Shown here one piece after another: positions 20,230-30,588 of a stretch of DNA of 56,458 nucleotides. The stretch comes from an uncultured archaeon. GTDB taxonomy: Archaea > Aenigmatarchaeota > Aenigmatarchaeia > QMZP01. The translations under genes were made by a program, and so were the position numbers. The stretch covers positions 1 through 56,458 of the forward strand of contig CAZSLL010000007.1 in assembly GCA_964607835.1 (NCBI GenBank). Reading direction: 5' to 3'. Under the pieces are notes generated by a model that did not search any database, had not been told where the DNA came from, and saw only the letters and a list, made by a program, of their open reading frames with translations. Numbering within the stretch: the stretch's first letter is position 1; the number at the start of each line of letters is the position of its first letter.

Positions 20230-21702
20230 TCAGGTGTAAACCCTGAGCCTGCTGTAGAGCTTCCTTATCCGCTCGTAGATTTCCCCTGCCTCCTGGTAGC
20301 TCTCTGCCCTGTTGAGCTGGTTGTACATGGAAAGGGCCTTCCTGTAGAGGTTCTTGGCCTCGTCCATGTCGTTTCCCTTGATGCTCTCCTCTGCCCTCTC
20401 GATTATGGAGTCTATTCCCTCCCTTATGCCATCCACTGACTGCTCGCCCTTCTTCGAGGGCGCCACTGGCACTGATTCCTTTCTGACCTGCCTGGCAGTC
20501 CCCTTTGCGCTTGCCCTGGGAACGTCAGCGAAGGAGCTCCTCTCCCTGCTCTCCTGGGCTTCCTGGCTGGCCTTCGCGAAATCCCGAACCTTCTCCTCTG
20601 CTGTGGAGGAGGCGGCCTTCCTGAGCTCCTCCAGGCTTTCCCTGAGGGAGTCAACCTCCTCCCTGGTGGCGAACATCTTGTCCACTTTGGACTTGCCCAC
20701 CTCCTCCAGGAGCCCCTTGAGCCCTGCCTCCTTGAGCGACTTGAGCAGGTCGCTCATGATGTCCTTCATCTCGTAAATCTTATCATCTGTCTTTGTCTCC
20801 ACCCCGCTTATCTTGTCCTCTATGCTGGTCTGGAAATTCTTGAAATCATCCTTCTTGACAAGTCCGCCCATCCTGGTCTCCAGCATGTCAGCCGACTTCA
20901 TGAGCTCGTGCATGGTCTCCTCGTTGAATGATATCTTGTCCTTGAAGCTCTGGAACTCAGCCAGCCTGCTGCTCATGTCAGAGAACATGCTCTCTATCTT
21001 GGCCGCTGTCCTGGATGCGTATTTCCTGTGCTCCTCGACCTTGTCCACCTTCTCCTGGAGGGTCTTTATTAGCTTTACCAGGTTCTTGACGTCCCTCACG
21101 TTCTCCAGAATTTCAGAGATGTCCTTGACCTCCTTGCGGGCCTCCTGCATCTGCATTCCAACCTTCTCGAGCCCTGCCTCGTTCTTCTCTATGCCCTCCT
21201 CGAGCTTGGCGAATCTGGAGGCAACCTTCTCGGGCTCCATGGCCTCGGCTGTTTCCTTTATCCTGGTGAATCCGCCCTGGAACTCCCTTATGAGCTTGTC
21301 CTTCTCCATTATGGAGGACCTGAGCTCGCCAATCTCCTGGTTGAGCCCGGAGAGCCGCTCTTCAAGCGCTCCCCTGGACTGTGCGGCCGCGTCGAGCTTG
21401 CCCTCGAGCTTCTCGGTCTTCAGGAGCAGCATGTCCATGCTGGTGCCGCCTGACTCCTTCCCTGATGATGACTTGGGAGACTCTTCTTTCTCGTCTTCCT
21501 TTGAGGCCTTCTTGAGCTTGATGCTCTTGCCTTCCTTCTTCTCCAGCTCATCGAACTCTGATGAGGAGATGACGTTCTCCTCGTGCTCAGAGTCCTTGTT
21601 CCCCTCTCCCTTGCCTGGCTTCCTGGCCTCTTTTTCCTGGGGCTTCTTTCCCTCAGAGCCGTCTGCCTTGCTGTTTTTCTTGACCTTTATCCCCAAAATC
21701 AA
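20230..21702 (-). CDS. Long coiled-coil cytoplasmic protein (490 aa) with charged N-terminus and helical C-terminal domain
   Basis: E/K/L-rich heptad pattern over ~300 aa, no TM helix. The TTG start overlaps the TGA stop of the upstream gene (TTGA), with GGTGA upstream. Confidence 0.88.
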   Translation of the reverse strand: MILGIKVKKNSKADGSEGKKPQEKEARKPGKGEGNKDSEHEENVISSSEFDELEKKEGKSIKLKKASKEDEKEESPKSSSGKESGGTSMDMLLLKTEKLEGKLDAAAQSRGALEERLSGLNQEIGELRSSIMEKDKLIREFQGGFTRIKETAEAMEPEKVASRFAKLEEGIEKNEAGLEKVGMQMQEARKEVKDISEILENVRDVKNLVKLIKTLQEKVDKVEEHRKYASRTAAKIESMFSDMSSRLAEFQSFKDKISFNEETMHELMKSADMLETRMGGLVKKDDFKNFQTSIEDKISGVETKTDDKIYEMKDIMSDLLKSLKEAGLKGLLEEVGKSKVDKMFATREEVDSLRESLEELRKAASSTAEEKVRDFAKASQEAQESRERSSFADVPRASAKGTARQVRKESVPVAPSKKGEQSVDGIREGIDSIIERAEESIKGNDMDEAKNLYRKALSMYNQLNRAESYQEAGEIYERIRKLYSRLRVYT

Positions 21703-24700
21703 TCACCTGACTTGATGTTTAAGTTTTGTTCGAGCGACGATATATAGATTTGCGCCATCCTGAACCTGCCCTGCTTGAGCTTGTCCTTGGCCAGCCTGAG
21801 CTCCAGCTCTATGTCAAATGTGTCCCTGCCTGACTTCTTCATCTGGGCTATGGTGGCCTCCACCTTCTCGAGCCTCTTCGCGAACTTCTTGTACAGTTCC
21901 ATGTCCTCTGCACTAATCTTGTGCGGGTTGTGCAGCGTGGGCCTGAAGTGGACGAAATATGGCTTACCGTCATTGTACTTGGGGTTCTGGAGCATGCCAA
22001 CGCCCACTCCCTGCCTGGAAATCTTCTTGGAGTACTCCTCCCCGTACTTTGTGGCCACCTTCTGTATGTCGGTCATGGACTTGGTGTTGAGCTGTATCTC
22101 TGTCAGGACATTGCCTGCGATGGCCTCCTTGAAGTCAGCCAGCACCTGGCTGCACATCACCATGCCTATTCCCCATTTACGGAACTCCCTGGCTGCCTTC
22201 TCCAGGGCCACGTACCCTCCCTTTCCCCCGTACTTCTCCAGGAGCCTGTGCACCTCGTCGAAAACCACCATGACCTTGAGTGTGGTGGACTCCTCCCATG
22301 TTCTCCCGAACATGGACTCGATGATTATGCTCACTGCCTCGTCGTACTGGCCTGGCTTGAGCTTATCCAGGGTGAACACCGTTATCTCACCGGGGTTCAG
22401 GTACCTGTCAAATCCCTCGCTCAGTGCCTTCTTGAGCTCCTGGGGGTCGGTCACCTCGAATATCATTCCCTTGTAGGGCTTGACTGACTTGGGGTCCATG
22501 CCGAAGTCAGGGTAGTACTTCCTCAGGTTGTCGTCCTCCAGGGCCTTCACGAATCCCGTCCACTGGGCAGTGGGATCGAAGGCCACCACAGGAATCTTCT
22601 TTTCCAGGGCCTCCTCCACGAACACTGACGCGCTCACTGACTTGCCCGCGCCTGTGGAGCCTGCCACCAGGAGGTGGGTGGTGAGGTCAGGGGGGTTGAA
22701 CCAGGCCTTGTTGCTGCTCTCTGCTATCTTGCCCAGCCAGAATGCGTCAGGGCCCTCCTGGGGAAGCTTCTTGTAGTCAAGCGGGAATATGTACCTGGAC
22801 TTCTCCCTCTTCCAGAGCCTGTACTTCTTGTAGAAGTAGTACCCTATGACAGCCATGCCCACCATGGCAATGCCCATGAGTATCATCCTGCCCTCCCACG
22901 ATGACCAGTATGGCTCCACCAGGTTGAACACTGCCACAGAGTTCACAGACCTGCCGTCAGCGAAGTATGCCCATATCTCAAGGTAGTACTGCCCCACCTT
23001 GAGCCCGGGCTCGTCCATTCCCATGCTCTTGGTGAAGACCTTGGAGTCCTCCAGGAATATGGTCTCCTCGTCCTCCTCTATTATTAGCTCCCTCTCGCTC
23101 TCCTTGATGAAGTACTTCATGCTCACGTTGAAGCCCGGCGGAAGCCCCAGGTTCCTGACGTCAACCGCGAACCTGAGCTTGCCCCCCGGATTGATGTTGG
23201 GGGTGAGTATGTTGATGCCCAGGGACAGGAGCTCAGTGGCAACTATGCTCACGGTCATTGATACCGGTATCTCCTGGCTCCTCGTACCAGAGGAAACCAC
23301 TATGCTTCCGGTGTAGGTTCCGGTCCCCATGTTCTCAGGAACCTCTACCATTATGTCCATGCTCCTGGTCTCGTTGTAGTCCAGCTCCAGTGTGCTGAAT
23401 TCAGGGATTATGTAGTCTCCCAGGCCCTCTACATCCACCCCAACGCTGAGGTTGCTGGAGAGCTTGTTCCTTACCGAGAAGAAGTAGCTCTTGTTCTCGC
23501 CAGGGTGGATATGTATGTTGCCTATGGAAGTGGTTATCTCGAATGGAAGGGTGGTGCTTGGTGTCACTGTTCCTGTGCTGGGGCTGCTGCTGGAGCCGCT
23601 TGAGCCCCCTGTGTCCTGGCTCCCGTCATCATCCTCGTCCCCATCTCCGTCAGCAGTTCCCTCCCACTCCGCAACCACGTATGCTGAGGTGCCGGAGGTG
23701 GTGAATGATATGGTGTCAGCTGAGGCGTTGACCGTGGTCTCTATGGAGGCGTTCTCGAAGTTCCCTCCGCTGCACGTCCTGGTGCTCATGTCCCAGTCAG
23801 AGCACCGGTAAACCCCGAAATTGTTCTCTGTGAGGTCAGCCCTCTCTCCCGGGGTCATCTCTGACAGTGCCTCCCCGTAATCCAGGGTGAAGAGTATGCT
23901 GGAGTTGACCCTGGAGAGGTTCTTCTCAATTGCCACTGCCATGAGCTTGTTGGTGGCCCCTGAAGGCAGAACCACGTTGGTTATGTCAGATGAGTTGATG
24001 GTGAAGTAGTCCAGGCTCATGGGGTTGGTAAGGTTCCGGGGGTCTGACAGGTTCCACTGGTCCACTGCCGATGCATTCAGGTCCACCCCGTAGAGCACCA
24101 CCTCCTGGTCGCTGAACTCCAGCCTCATGTCATAGACCCTTTTGTGGCAGACCCATTTGTAGTGGCCTGTCCCGTTGGTGGAGAACTGGTGTATCCTCCA
24201 CTGCGTGTTGTTCTTGTAGAGGCTCATGGTCACTCCCATTGGGTTCCCGTCCTTGTCGCGCAGGCTTCCGTTGAGATTTATGGGCTGGTATATGTCGAAA
24301 AGGCCCAGGAGGGTGCCGTTCGTCCTGTTCGAGTTGCCTGCAGGGTCAGTGGCGTTTATGATTATCTGGTAGTCCCCTGCGTCCATGGGGCTGGAGAAGT
24401 TGAATGTCCACACATACGGGGTGATGTTGTACATCTCTGTTGTGCTCTGGTTCTGGCCGTTGAAGTGCACGTCAGCGCTGGCGCCCTGCACCATTATGTT
24501 GTCGCTTATGTTGGCCCTAACCACTATCTCAGACTTTGTTCCGTACTCCACGTTTCCCTCTGCGTCTGCCCCCCACACCCATATGCTGTTTATGCTTGGG
24601 GGCGCCACGTCCACGTACCTGACGGCGTCCTCCTCTGTGACCGTGAGAACCGCGTCCTCAGGGGTGTATACCCCTGTGAGCTCCAGGTCATTGTATATGG

Positions 24701-27700
24701 GGTTGCCTGGTATTGAGGGGGCGGTGCAGTTCATGCTCCACAGCCCTGTGAAGTTGCTGTAGCTGCTCTGCAGCCCTGTGCAGGCCGAGCCTCCCAACTC
24801 CACGCTCCAGGTCATGTTTCCCTCCAGTGTGTCAGGGTCCCCGCTCAGTGTGGCGTTCACCGTGAGGTTGATTTTGTCCCCTGCGTACAGCGGGCTGGTG
24901 GGGCTGGTCTGGTTGGGAGAGAATATCCATATGGAGAGGTTTATGACCTGCAGGTCCACGGTTATGTTCCTGGAGTAGGGGACAGCATTCTCCTTGTTGG
25001 TTATCACTATGTTGCTGGTGTAGAATCCAGGCAGGTAGTCAGTGGTGCTGTTGTGGTATATCCTCAGGCTGTAGTAGCTTCCTGCGGGCACGCTGAACTC
25101 GCTTATTCCTGTTCTGATGTAGCTTGTGGTATTGAGGCTGAATACGCTCACGTTGAATGTCCATTCGTCCTCCTTGTTGTTGGTAACCAATATGCTGTCT
25201 ATGGTGCCGTTGAAGGGCATGAGGCCTATGGTCTTGTTGGCGTAGGTGTCTGACACGCTCCAGTCGTGCACAGTGACGTTGACCCTGAACTCAAGGGCGT
25301 CCTGGCAGAGCCCTGCCGGGCTGCAGAAAGAGCCCGTGGCGTTGGCTGTTATGTTGGTGACATATGTCCTTTCTGAAACGTTATTGGGCACGGTGAGGTA
25401 GACGTCCACGGCCTGCTGGCCATCGTGCGCTATAACCGGGACCGATGATGGAGAGAAGCTCACCCACTGGGACACGTTCCCTGAGTCCCCTCCTGACACG
25501 TTGAGCTCTGTGTCCCTGAGGTCTGTGTTTCCGTAGGACTGGATAATGAAGGTCCCTGCCTGGAAGGATGACCCTCCCCTTGGCATGGTGTAGTTCAGGT
25601 AGTCCTCTGAAATGCTCAGTATGGTGCTGTTCACCACGGTTATACCCCTGGTGTCCGAGACATTGTCCTGGGTGGTGTCTGCGTTCAGCCAGGTCACGTT
25701 GACGTCCAGGGGCTTGTATCCCTCGGTGGCAAGGTAGCTAACGTTCACCATAGAGGTCATGTTGCATCCTGTGTGAGGAAGCAGTGAGCCCGTCCCGCAG
25801 GTCACGTCCCCTGCGTAAACCCCCTCCTCTGTGCTTATCCTCACCTGTATGTTGTACATTCCCTCTGTGTCACCGATGTTGGTTAGGTTCACGTAAAGGG
25901 TGTAGCTCCTGTTGAGCTCCCTGGACAGGTTCTCGGCCTGGGATGACGGAACCAGGTTCAGGTCAAGGCTGGCGTTTGTGTTGCCTGACCTGACCAGGAA
26001 GAACGTGCTTGCAGTGTTGTTGCTGGTGTCGTTGTAGAAAACATTGCTGTCGTCTGTTATGTTGCAGGTTATGGTGTGGTTGTCCTCAATGTCAGATGAG
26101 TTGACCCAGTGGAATAGTGCCCTGCCTCCGGAGTCCGTGGTGTTGGAGCCAAGGTACTCCCCTGCGCCCCAGAAGGTCATGTTGTGGCCCTCAACGTAGC
26201 GGGACGTGTTTGCGTCAAACACGTAGCAGAATATGTCCAGGCTGGCGTTCTTCATGCACTCCCAGCTCTCGTCGAATGTGCAGTTGGTGGAGGAGAGGTT
26301 GCCCAGGGCAATCCCGCTCCACCCGTACATGTACATGTACTGGCTGTCCCTGTCAGGCGTGTAGTACGTTCCTGACACGTTTGCTATTATGTTTCTCATT
26401 CCCAGGGGCTCTGTTACAGGTATGCTCCACGAGGAGTCCTCGCCCGTGCCCAGCAGGTCCTCTGAGGTGGCTGTCAGGGAGTGGCTGAATCCTGAGTGCG
26501 GGTTCACGCATTCCCCGCTCTCGTCAGCCAGGCATATGTAGTCTATGTTAACGTGGCTGGAGTCCACGAGCCCTCCCCCTCCGAATCCGTAGTCATGGAT
26601 GGTGATGTTTATCCAGGTGGCCTCTGAGAAAGACTCGTTGTAGCACACCTGCTCCCTCCACACCCCCTTCCTGGAGAAGTCCAGGTCGCATGAGCCGTTG
26701 CCCGCGTATACCCTGAGGTAGGCGTCCCCTGTGGAGTTGTCGAACTCGCCTGTGGCGTTGAAGCCCACCCTTATCCTGTCATACCCAAGCTCCCTTCCCG
26801 CATAAAACCTGGCGCCCTGCACTGACTCAGAGCCCCCGTTGAAGTCTGATGAGAGGTAAAGGGTTCCATTTTCTTCAATATCCCTGGCCTCACACGCGCA
26901 GTAGCTTCCGTCGCACACGTCCCTTGACCATGCCCCTGTGCTGGAGTTGGAGCCGAAGCAGTCCCAGGGCAGAACAGAGCCTGACTCAAAACCCCCGTTC
27001 TCTATGTACGTGAAAGTGCCTGGCTCGCTGCTCTGGTTGTAGAGTATGGTGTAGCTCAGGTTCTGCCATTCTGACTGTGTGGCCAGAAAAACAAGCTCTG
27101 AGTGCTCGCCGAAGTATTCTTGTGACCAGTTCATAGAGCTCTTGATGGAGTCGTTCCATGGGTTAACCCTGCTGGGAACCTCAGAGCCGTCCTGGAACAC
27201 CCTGGTGCTGTTCATGGGCCAGTCCCAGAGGTCTATGTCCCTGGACTCCAGCCAGGTGCTGTTCACTATGACCGGGAAGGTCTCCTCATCGTAGCCGCCC
27301 TCCTTCCTCACCAGGAGGTCAAGGGTCCTCTTGCGCTTGAGGTACCAGCTCACTGTGTAGTCCCCCGGACCTGCCAGCTCGCAGGTGTCGTTGACACTGG
27401 AGCTGAGGTCTATGCTCTCCCCCTTATTGGATATACTGTACTCCTCAGGCCCTGTAACCGTTACATTGAGCCTGTCATACACATAAACGCTCCTGGAGTC
27501 CTCTGGGTTCCTTATTGAATAGGGCCCGTTCTCGTTGCTTATGGTTATGTTCATGTAGTGGCTTCCCCTTGAGTATGCGCACGAGGGCACCCAGTAGTAG
27601 TGGCACCTTCCGTCCCCCTCTGTGTCGTTTGAGCCCAGGTAGGCCCCGTCGAACCAGAACGAGCAGTTGAACCCTGACTGGTTGGCGTATTCCCCGTACT

Positions 27701-30569
27701 CGTCCACCAGCCTGCCCTCCAGGTGGTTGGTGGTGTTCTTCATTATCTTCCTTGCCCCGTATGGCCTGGTTATGCTGATATTCACAGCACCCATTATGTT
27801 GATGACCAGGTATTCTGTGGTCTCTGAGTCGTTGTAGTTGCTGTCCCCCCGGATACCTGCCCTCCAGAGCTGCTCGCCTGCGGAGTAGTTTCCGTCAGGA
27901 GTGAACCAGAACCTGCAGTATCCAGAGGAGTCTGTCAGATTGCTCATTCCCGAGTCGTAGCTGGTTCCGTTGCGGGTTACCCAGAGCCTGCAGCTGGCCC
28001 CTGCGTCTATGAACCCGCCCTCGTCAGAGTCTGCCACCCTCGCCACCAGTGGGGTGGATTCGGTCCTGTTGACGTTGCTTTCGTTCCCTGACACGTATCC
28101 TGTGCTGGTGTATCTCTTCCTGACCAGGGGACCTGAAGCCTCTGAGGTGTTGGTCAGACTGTGCAGGGGATACCCTGATGAGTTGAAGTCCTGGTAGCTG
28201 AAGAAGTACTTGTTGGCCCCTATCCAGCCCTGGCTGCTGGTTATGTTGAACCAGGCCGTTCCGTTGCCGTCGCTCACGGTCGTTGTGCCCCCGCTGTACC
28301 ATGTATCAGTTCCATACAGCCAGTAGTAAAGGGTCACGTTGGTCTCGTCCCCCTCTGTGTCATTGATGCGAATCGAGTAGTTGAACTGGTCTCCCCAGTA
28401 ACTGTGGTTCAGGGTGGCGTTGGGATTCTCTCCAAACGGCCTGAGATTCGTGGAGCCCCCTGCCGTGTAGGTCACGCCTGAGTCTGAATAGGGCTGGATC
28501 CACCTGAAGAAGCTTCCCTCCATGCAAACCTCAAAAGAGTCACCTCCGCAGTCAAGTGATGAATAGACCGGGCTTCCTGTATCGCATGCGGCGTTCTCTG
28601 AGGGAGGGGTGATGTTGCATGCCTGGCCATTCCAGGTCACGTTGAGGAAGTACTCCCCCCTTATGGAGGGGTCGCCTGTGGTGGTGTTGGCGTATATGTC
28701 ATAGAACGTGCTCTGGGTGTTGTTGAATATGGTCAGGTTCCTCCTGGCCCTGAAGTCGTCAGTGGTGTTGGTGTACCAGTATGCCCCCTCGCTTCCTTCC
28801 ACAGGCACGCCCACGCTCATGCTGCTGTCCCAGAAAAGGAATGATGAGGGAAGGCCCCCTGACGAGGAAACCGTGAAATTCGCCACGTTGCATGCGTTGT
28901 CAGCTCCCACTGCCAGCGTGGAATAGGATGTTCCGTTGAAGTCGCACCTGGTCTCGCCCCCCGGAATCTTTATGTAGGCCACCACGATGTCCTGCCCCGG
29001 GTTTCCTGTGAAGCTCACGTTCCTTGACTCGTTGCCCACGCTCTCGTTCACCTGTATGCCCGATGTCCTGGACCACTCCCCGGCCAGTGTGGTGTAGTCC
29101 ACTATGGAGCTCGCGTTGTACGAGTACTCGGCGGTTATGCTGGTCACGTTTAGCTTCCCTGCCCTGCTGGAGTTTATGTACAAGGGCACGCTGCACATGT
29201 CCTGCTGGCAGACAGAGTTCACGTAGTACTCCACTGCCCCTGCCAGGCCTGATGTTGTGGTGCTGGTCCTGAGCGAGCCAGCGTACTCCCAGTCAACTGT
29301 CCCGTTCTCGCCTACATCAATCTGGAGGTCAGTGGGGAAGTAGTCGAAGTTGAATGCGTAAAGGTTCCCGTCCCCGGCCCCAGCCACAACTTCGTTGCCC
29401 AGGTCAGAGGTCAGGTTGCCTACTGCTACTGTCTCTATGTAGCTCTCTGCCATGTAGTCCCATATGAGCGCCCCTGAGCCGCTGAGCGTGTACACCCTCT
29501 TGTCGTTGGACCCGGCCACGACCTCATTTCCTGCTGTCTGGCCCACCACATCGCCAATGGTCACACTTCTCACGTCATCCTGGGTGGTGTAGTTCCAGAG
29601 ATGGCTCAGCGATGAGTTCATGAGGTATACGCTGTAGTCTGCCCCGCCAAAGGCCACCTCGTCGTAGGGGCTCATGGTTACGTTGCCAACAGCTATGCTG
29701 CTCACCCCTCCTGCTCCCAGGTTCTTGCTGAGCACTGTGGCGCATGATGAGTTGACAATCCTTACGAATGAGCCCGTGGCAACTGCAATCTCCTGCCCCG
29801 GGTCTGACGTGAGGTTGCCCGCGTCCAGGCCGTTCACGGTCATGACGCTGCTGTTGCACACCAGGCTGCCCTGGTAATCGAGAATGTAAACCTTGTCAGC
29901 CCCTGCAATAACGTAGTTGTCCCCGTTGCCTGTGAGGTTGGCTATCCTCACGGCCTTCACGTCAGCGCTTGTGAGGTAGCTCCATGCCTCTGAGGCCCCG
30001 GAGTCAGTGACCTCGAGCACGTACACCCGGTTGTTCTCTGCCCCGAAAACCACCTCGTCTCCAGAGAAGCTGGTCACGTTGCCTGTGTCAGTTGAGAACA
30101 CGTCATTGTTCTGGCTGCTCAGGTTGTATGTCCATATCACTGATGCGTCCTGTCCTGAGAGGGCATACACGTTGGATGTTCCCGAGCCCTTGCTGCTTCC
30201 CGTGACTATCTCGTTCCCGGGGTTGGTTGTTATGTTGCCTATGGAAACCCCCAGAAGCCCGGGGTTGTTGATGGACTCCTGGTAGATGTACTGTATCTTG
30301 CCTGTCAGACCGAGCCCGAACGTGCCCACAGTGGAGTTCCTGCTCACGTTGACCCCCAGAGAGAAGCTGTCCCCGCTCCCTGTGAAGTCATGTTCCCTGG
30401 AGTGGGATGAGTCGCTGAACATGCCCTCCTGGTAGGAGAATGAGGGGCTGTCCAGGTCCAGGAGGAACCCTGTCTGCACTGAGGCCACAATGTCAGGGGC
30501 CCTCATGAGTGCCAGAAACAGGAGGGATATAACTAGGGCTAATATGGACAGCCGCCTGAATGGTACCAT
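21699..30569 (-). CDS. 2,956-aa surface protein fused via a single TM helix to a C-terminal HerA/FtsK/VirB4-type (DUF87-like) P-loop ATPase
   Basis: N-terminal signal/anchor helix, 7-blade propeller, and many sequon-rich Ig-like domains. TM at ~22830-22890. Walker A GSTGAGKS at 22638-22661, Walker B VMVVFDEVH at ~22248-22272, then REFRKWGIG...SQ. C-terminal helical hairpin. Confidence 0.92.
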   Translation of the reverse strand: MVPFRRLSILALVISLLFLALMRAPDIVASVQTGFLLDLDSPSFSYQEGMFSDSSHSREHDFTGSGDSFSLGVNVSRNSTVGTFGLGLTGKIQYIYQESINNPGLLGVSIGNITTNPGNEIVTGSSKGSGTSNVYALSGQDASVIWTYNLSSQNNDVFSTDTGNVTSFSGDEVVFGAENNRVYVLEVTDSGASEAWSYLTSADVKAVRIANLTGNGDNYVIAGADKVYILDYQGSLVCNSSVMTVNGLDAGNLTSDPGQEIAVATGSFVRIVNSSCATVLSKNLGAGGVSSIAVGNVTMSPYDEVAFGGADYSVYLMNSSLSHLWNYTTQDDVRSVTIGDVVGQTAGNEVVAGSNDKRVYTLSGSGALIWDYMAESYIETVAVGNLTSDLGNEVVAGAGDGNLYAFNFDYFPTDLQIDVGENGTVDWEYAGSLRTSTTTSGLAGAVEYYVNSVCQQDMCSVPLYINSSRAGKLNVTSITAEYSYNASSIVDYTTLAGEWSRTSGIQVNESVGNESRNVSFTGNPGQDIVVAYIKIPGGETRCDFNGTSYSTLAVGADNACNVANFTVSSSGGLPSSFLFWDSSMSVGVPVEGSEGAYWYTNTTDDFRARRNLTIFNNTQSTFYDIYANTTTGDPSIRGEYFLNVTWNGQACNITPPSENAACDTGSPVYSSLDCGGDSFEVCMEGSFFRWIQPYSDSGVTYTAGGSTNLRPFGENPNATLNHSYWGDQFNYSIRINDTEGDETNVTLYYWLYGTDTWYSGGTTTVSDGNGTAWFNITSSQGWIGANKYFFSYQDFNSSGYPLHSLTNTSEASGPLVRKRYTSTGYVSGNESNVNRTESTPLVARVADSDEGGFIDAGASCRLWVTRNGTSYDSGMSNLTDSSGYCRFWFTPDGNYSAGEQLWRAGIRGDSNYNDSETTEYLVINIMGAVNISITRPYGARKIMKNTTNHLEGRLVDEYGEYANQSGFNCSFWFDGAYLGSNDTEGDGRCHYYWVPSCAYSRGSHYMNITISNENGPYSIRNPEDSRSVYVYDRLNVTVTGPEEYSISNKGESIDLSSSVNDTCELAGPGDYTVSWYLKRKRTLDLLVRKEGGYDEETFPVIVNSTWLESRDIDLWDWPMNSTRVFQDGSEVPSRVNPWNDSIKSSMNWSQEYFGEHSELVFLATQSEWQNLSYTILYNQSSEPGTFTYIENGGFESGSVLPWDCFGSNSSTGAWSRDVCDGSYCACEARDIEENGTLYLSSDFNGGSESVQGARFYAGRELGYDRIRVGFNATGEFDNSTGDAYLRVYAGNGSCDLDFSRKGVWREQVCYNESFSEATWINITIHDYGFGGGGLVDSSHVNIDYICLADESGECVNPHSGFSHSLTATSEDLLGTGEDSSWSIPVTEPLGMRNIIANVSGTYYTPDRDSQYMYMYGWSGIALGNLSSTNCTFDESWECMKNASLDIFCYVFDANTSRYVEGHNMTFWGAGEYLGSNTTDSGGRALFHWVNSSDIEDNHTITCNITDDSNVFYNDTSNNTASTFFLVRSGNTNASLDLNLVPSSQAENLSRELNRSYTLYVNLTNIGDTEGMYNIQVRISTEEGVYAGDVTCGTGSLLPHTGCNMTSMVNVSYLATEGYKPLDVNVTWLNADTTQDNVSDTRGITVVNSTILSISEDYLNYTMPRGGSSFQAGTFIIQSYGNTDLRDTELNVSGGDSGNVSQWVSFSPSSVPVIAHDGQQAVDVYLTVPNNVSERTYVTNITANATGSFCSPAGLCQDALEFRVNVTVHDWSVSDTYANKTIGLMPFNGTIDSILVTNNKEDEWTFNVSVFSLNTTSYIRTGISEFSVPAGSYYSLRIYHNSTTDYLPGFYTSNIVITNKENAVPYSRNITVDLQVINLSIWIFSPNQTSPTSPLYAGDKINLTVNATLSGDPDTLEGNMTWSVELGGSACTGLQSSYSNFTGLWSMNCTAPSIPGNPIYNDLELTGVYTPEDAVLTVTEEDAVRYVDVAPPSINSIWVWGADAEGNVEYGTKSEIVVRANISDNIMVQGASADVHFNGQNQSTTEMYNITPYVWTFNFSSPMDAGDYQIIINATDPAGNSNRTNGTLLGLFDIYQPINLNGSLRDKDGNPMGVTMSLYKNNTQWRIHQFSTNGTGHYKWVCHKRVYDMRLEFSDQEVVLYGVDLNASAVDQWNLSDPRNLTNPMSLDYFTINSSDITNVVLPSGATNKLMAVAIEKNLSRVNSSILFTLDYGEALSEMTPGERADLTENNFGVYRCSDWDMSTRTCSGGNFENASIETTVNASADTISFTTSGTSAYVVAEWEGTADGDGDEDDDGSQDTGGSSGSSSSPSTGTVTPSTTLPFEITTSIGNIHIHPGENKSYFFSVRNKLSSNLSVGVDVEGLGDYIIPEFSTLELDYNETRSMDIMVEVPENMGTGTYTGSIVVSSGTRSQEIPVSMTVSIVATELLSLGINILTPNINPGGKLRFAVDVRNLGLPPGFNVSMKYFIKESERELIIEEDEETIFLEDSKVFTKSMGMDEPGLKVGQYYLEIWAYFADGRSVNSVAVFNLVEPYWSSWEGRMILMGIAMVGMAVIGYYFYKKYRLWKREKSRYIFPLDYKKLPQEGPDAFWLGKIAESSNKAWFNPPDLTTHLLVAGSTGAGKSVSASVFVEEALEKKIPVVAFDPTAQWTGFVKALEDDNLRKYYPDFGMDPKSVKPYKGMIFEVTDPQELKKALSEGFDRYLNPGEITVFTLDKLKPGQYDEAVSIIIESMFGRTWEESTTLKVMVVFDEVHRLLEKYGGKGGYVALEKAAREFRKWGIGMVMCSQVLADFKEAIAGNVLTEIQLNTKSMTDIQKVATKYGEEYSKKISRQGVGVGMLQNPKYNDGKPYFVHFRPTLHNPHKISAEDMELYKKFAKRLEKVEATIAQMKKSGRDTFDIELELRLAKDKLKQGRFRMAQIYISSLEQNLNIKSGD

Positions 30570-30588
30570 GTAGAAAATTATGATTTCC

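Noticed and set aside
20354-22476. Long + strand ORFs (140, 300 and 233 aa) opposite the coiled-coil and ATPase genes
   Set aside because: Ser/Leu/Phe-rich antisense shadows caused by codon bias of the real genes.
21699-22800. Calling the ATPase the HerA DNA-repair helicase or a pilus/archaellum ATPase
   Set aside because: No nurA/mre11/rad50 context or N-terminal HAS barrel is apparent. The motifs fit the HerA/FtsK superfamily rather than PilB/FlaI. The subfamily cannot be fixed without a search.
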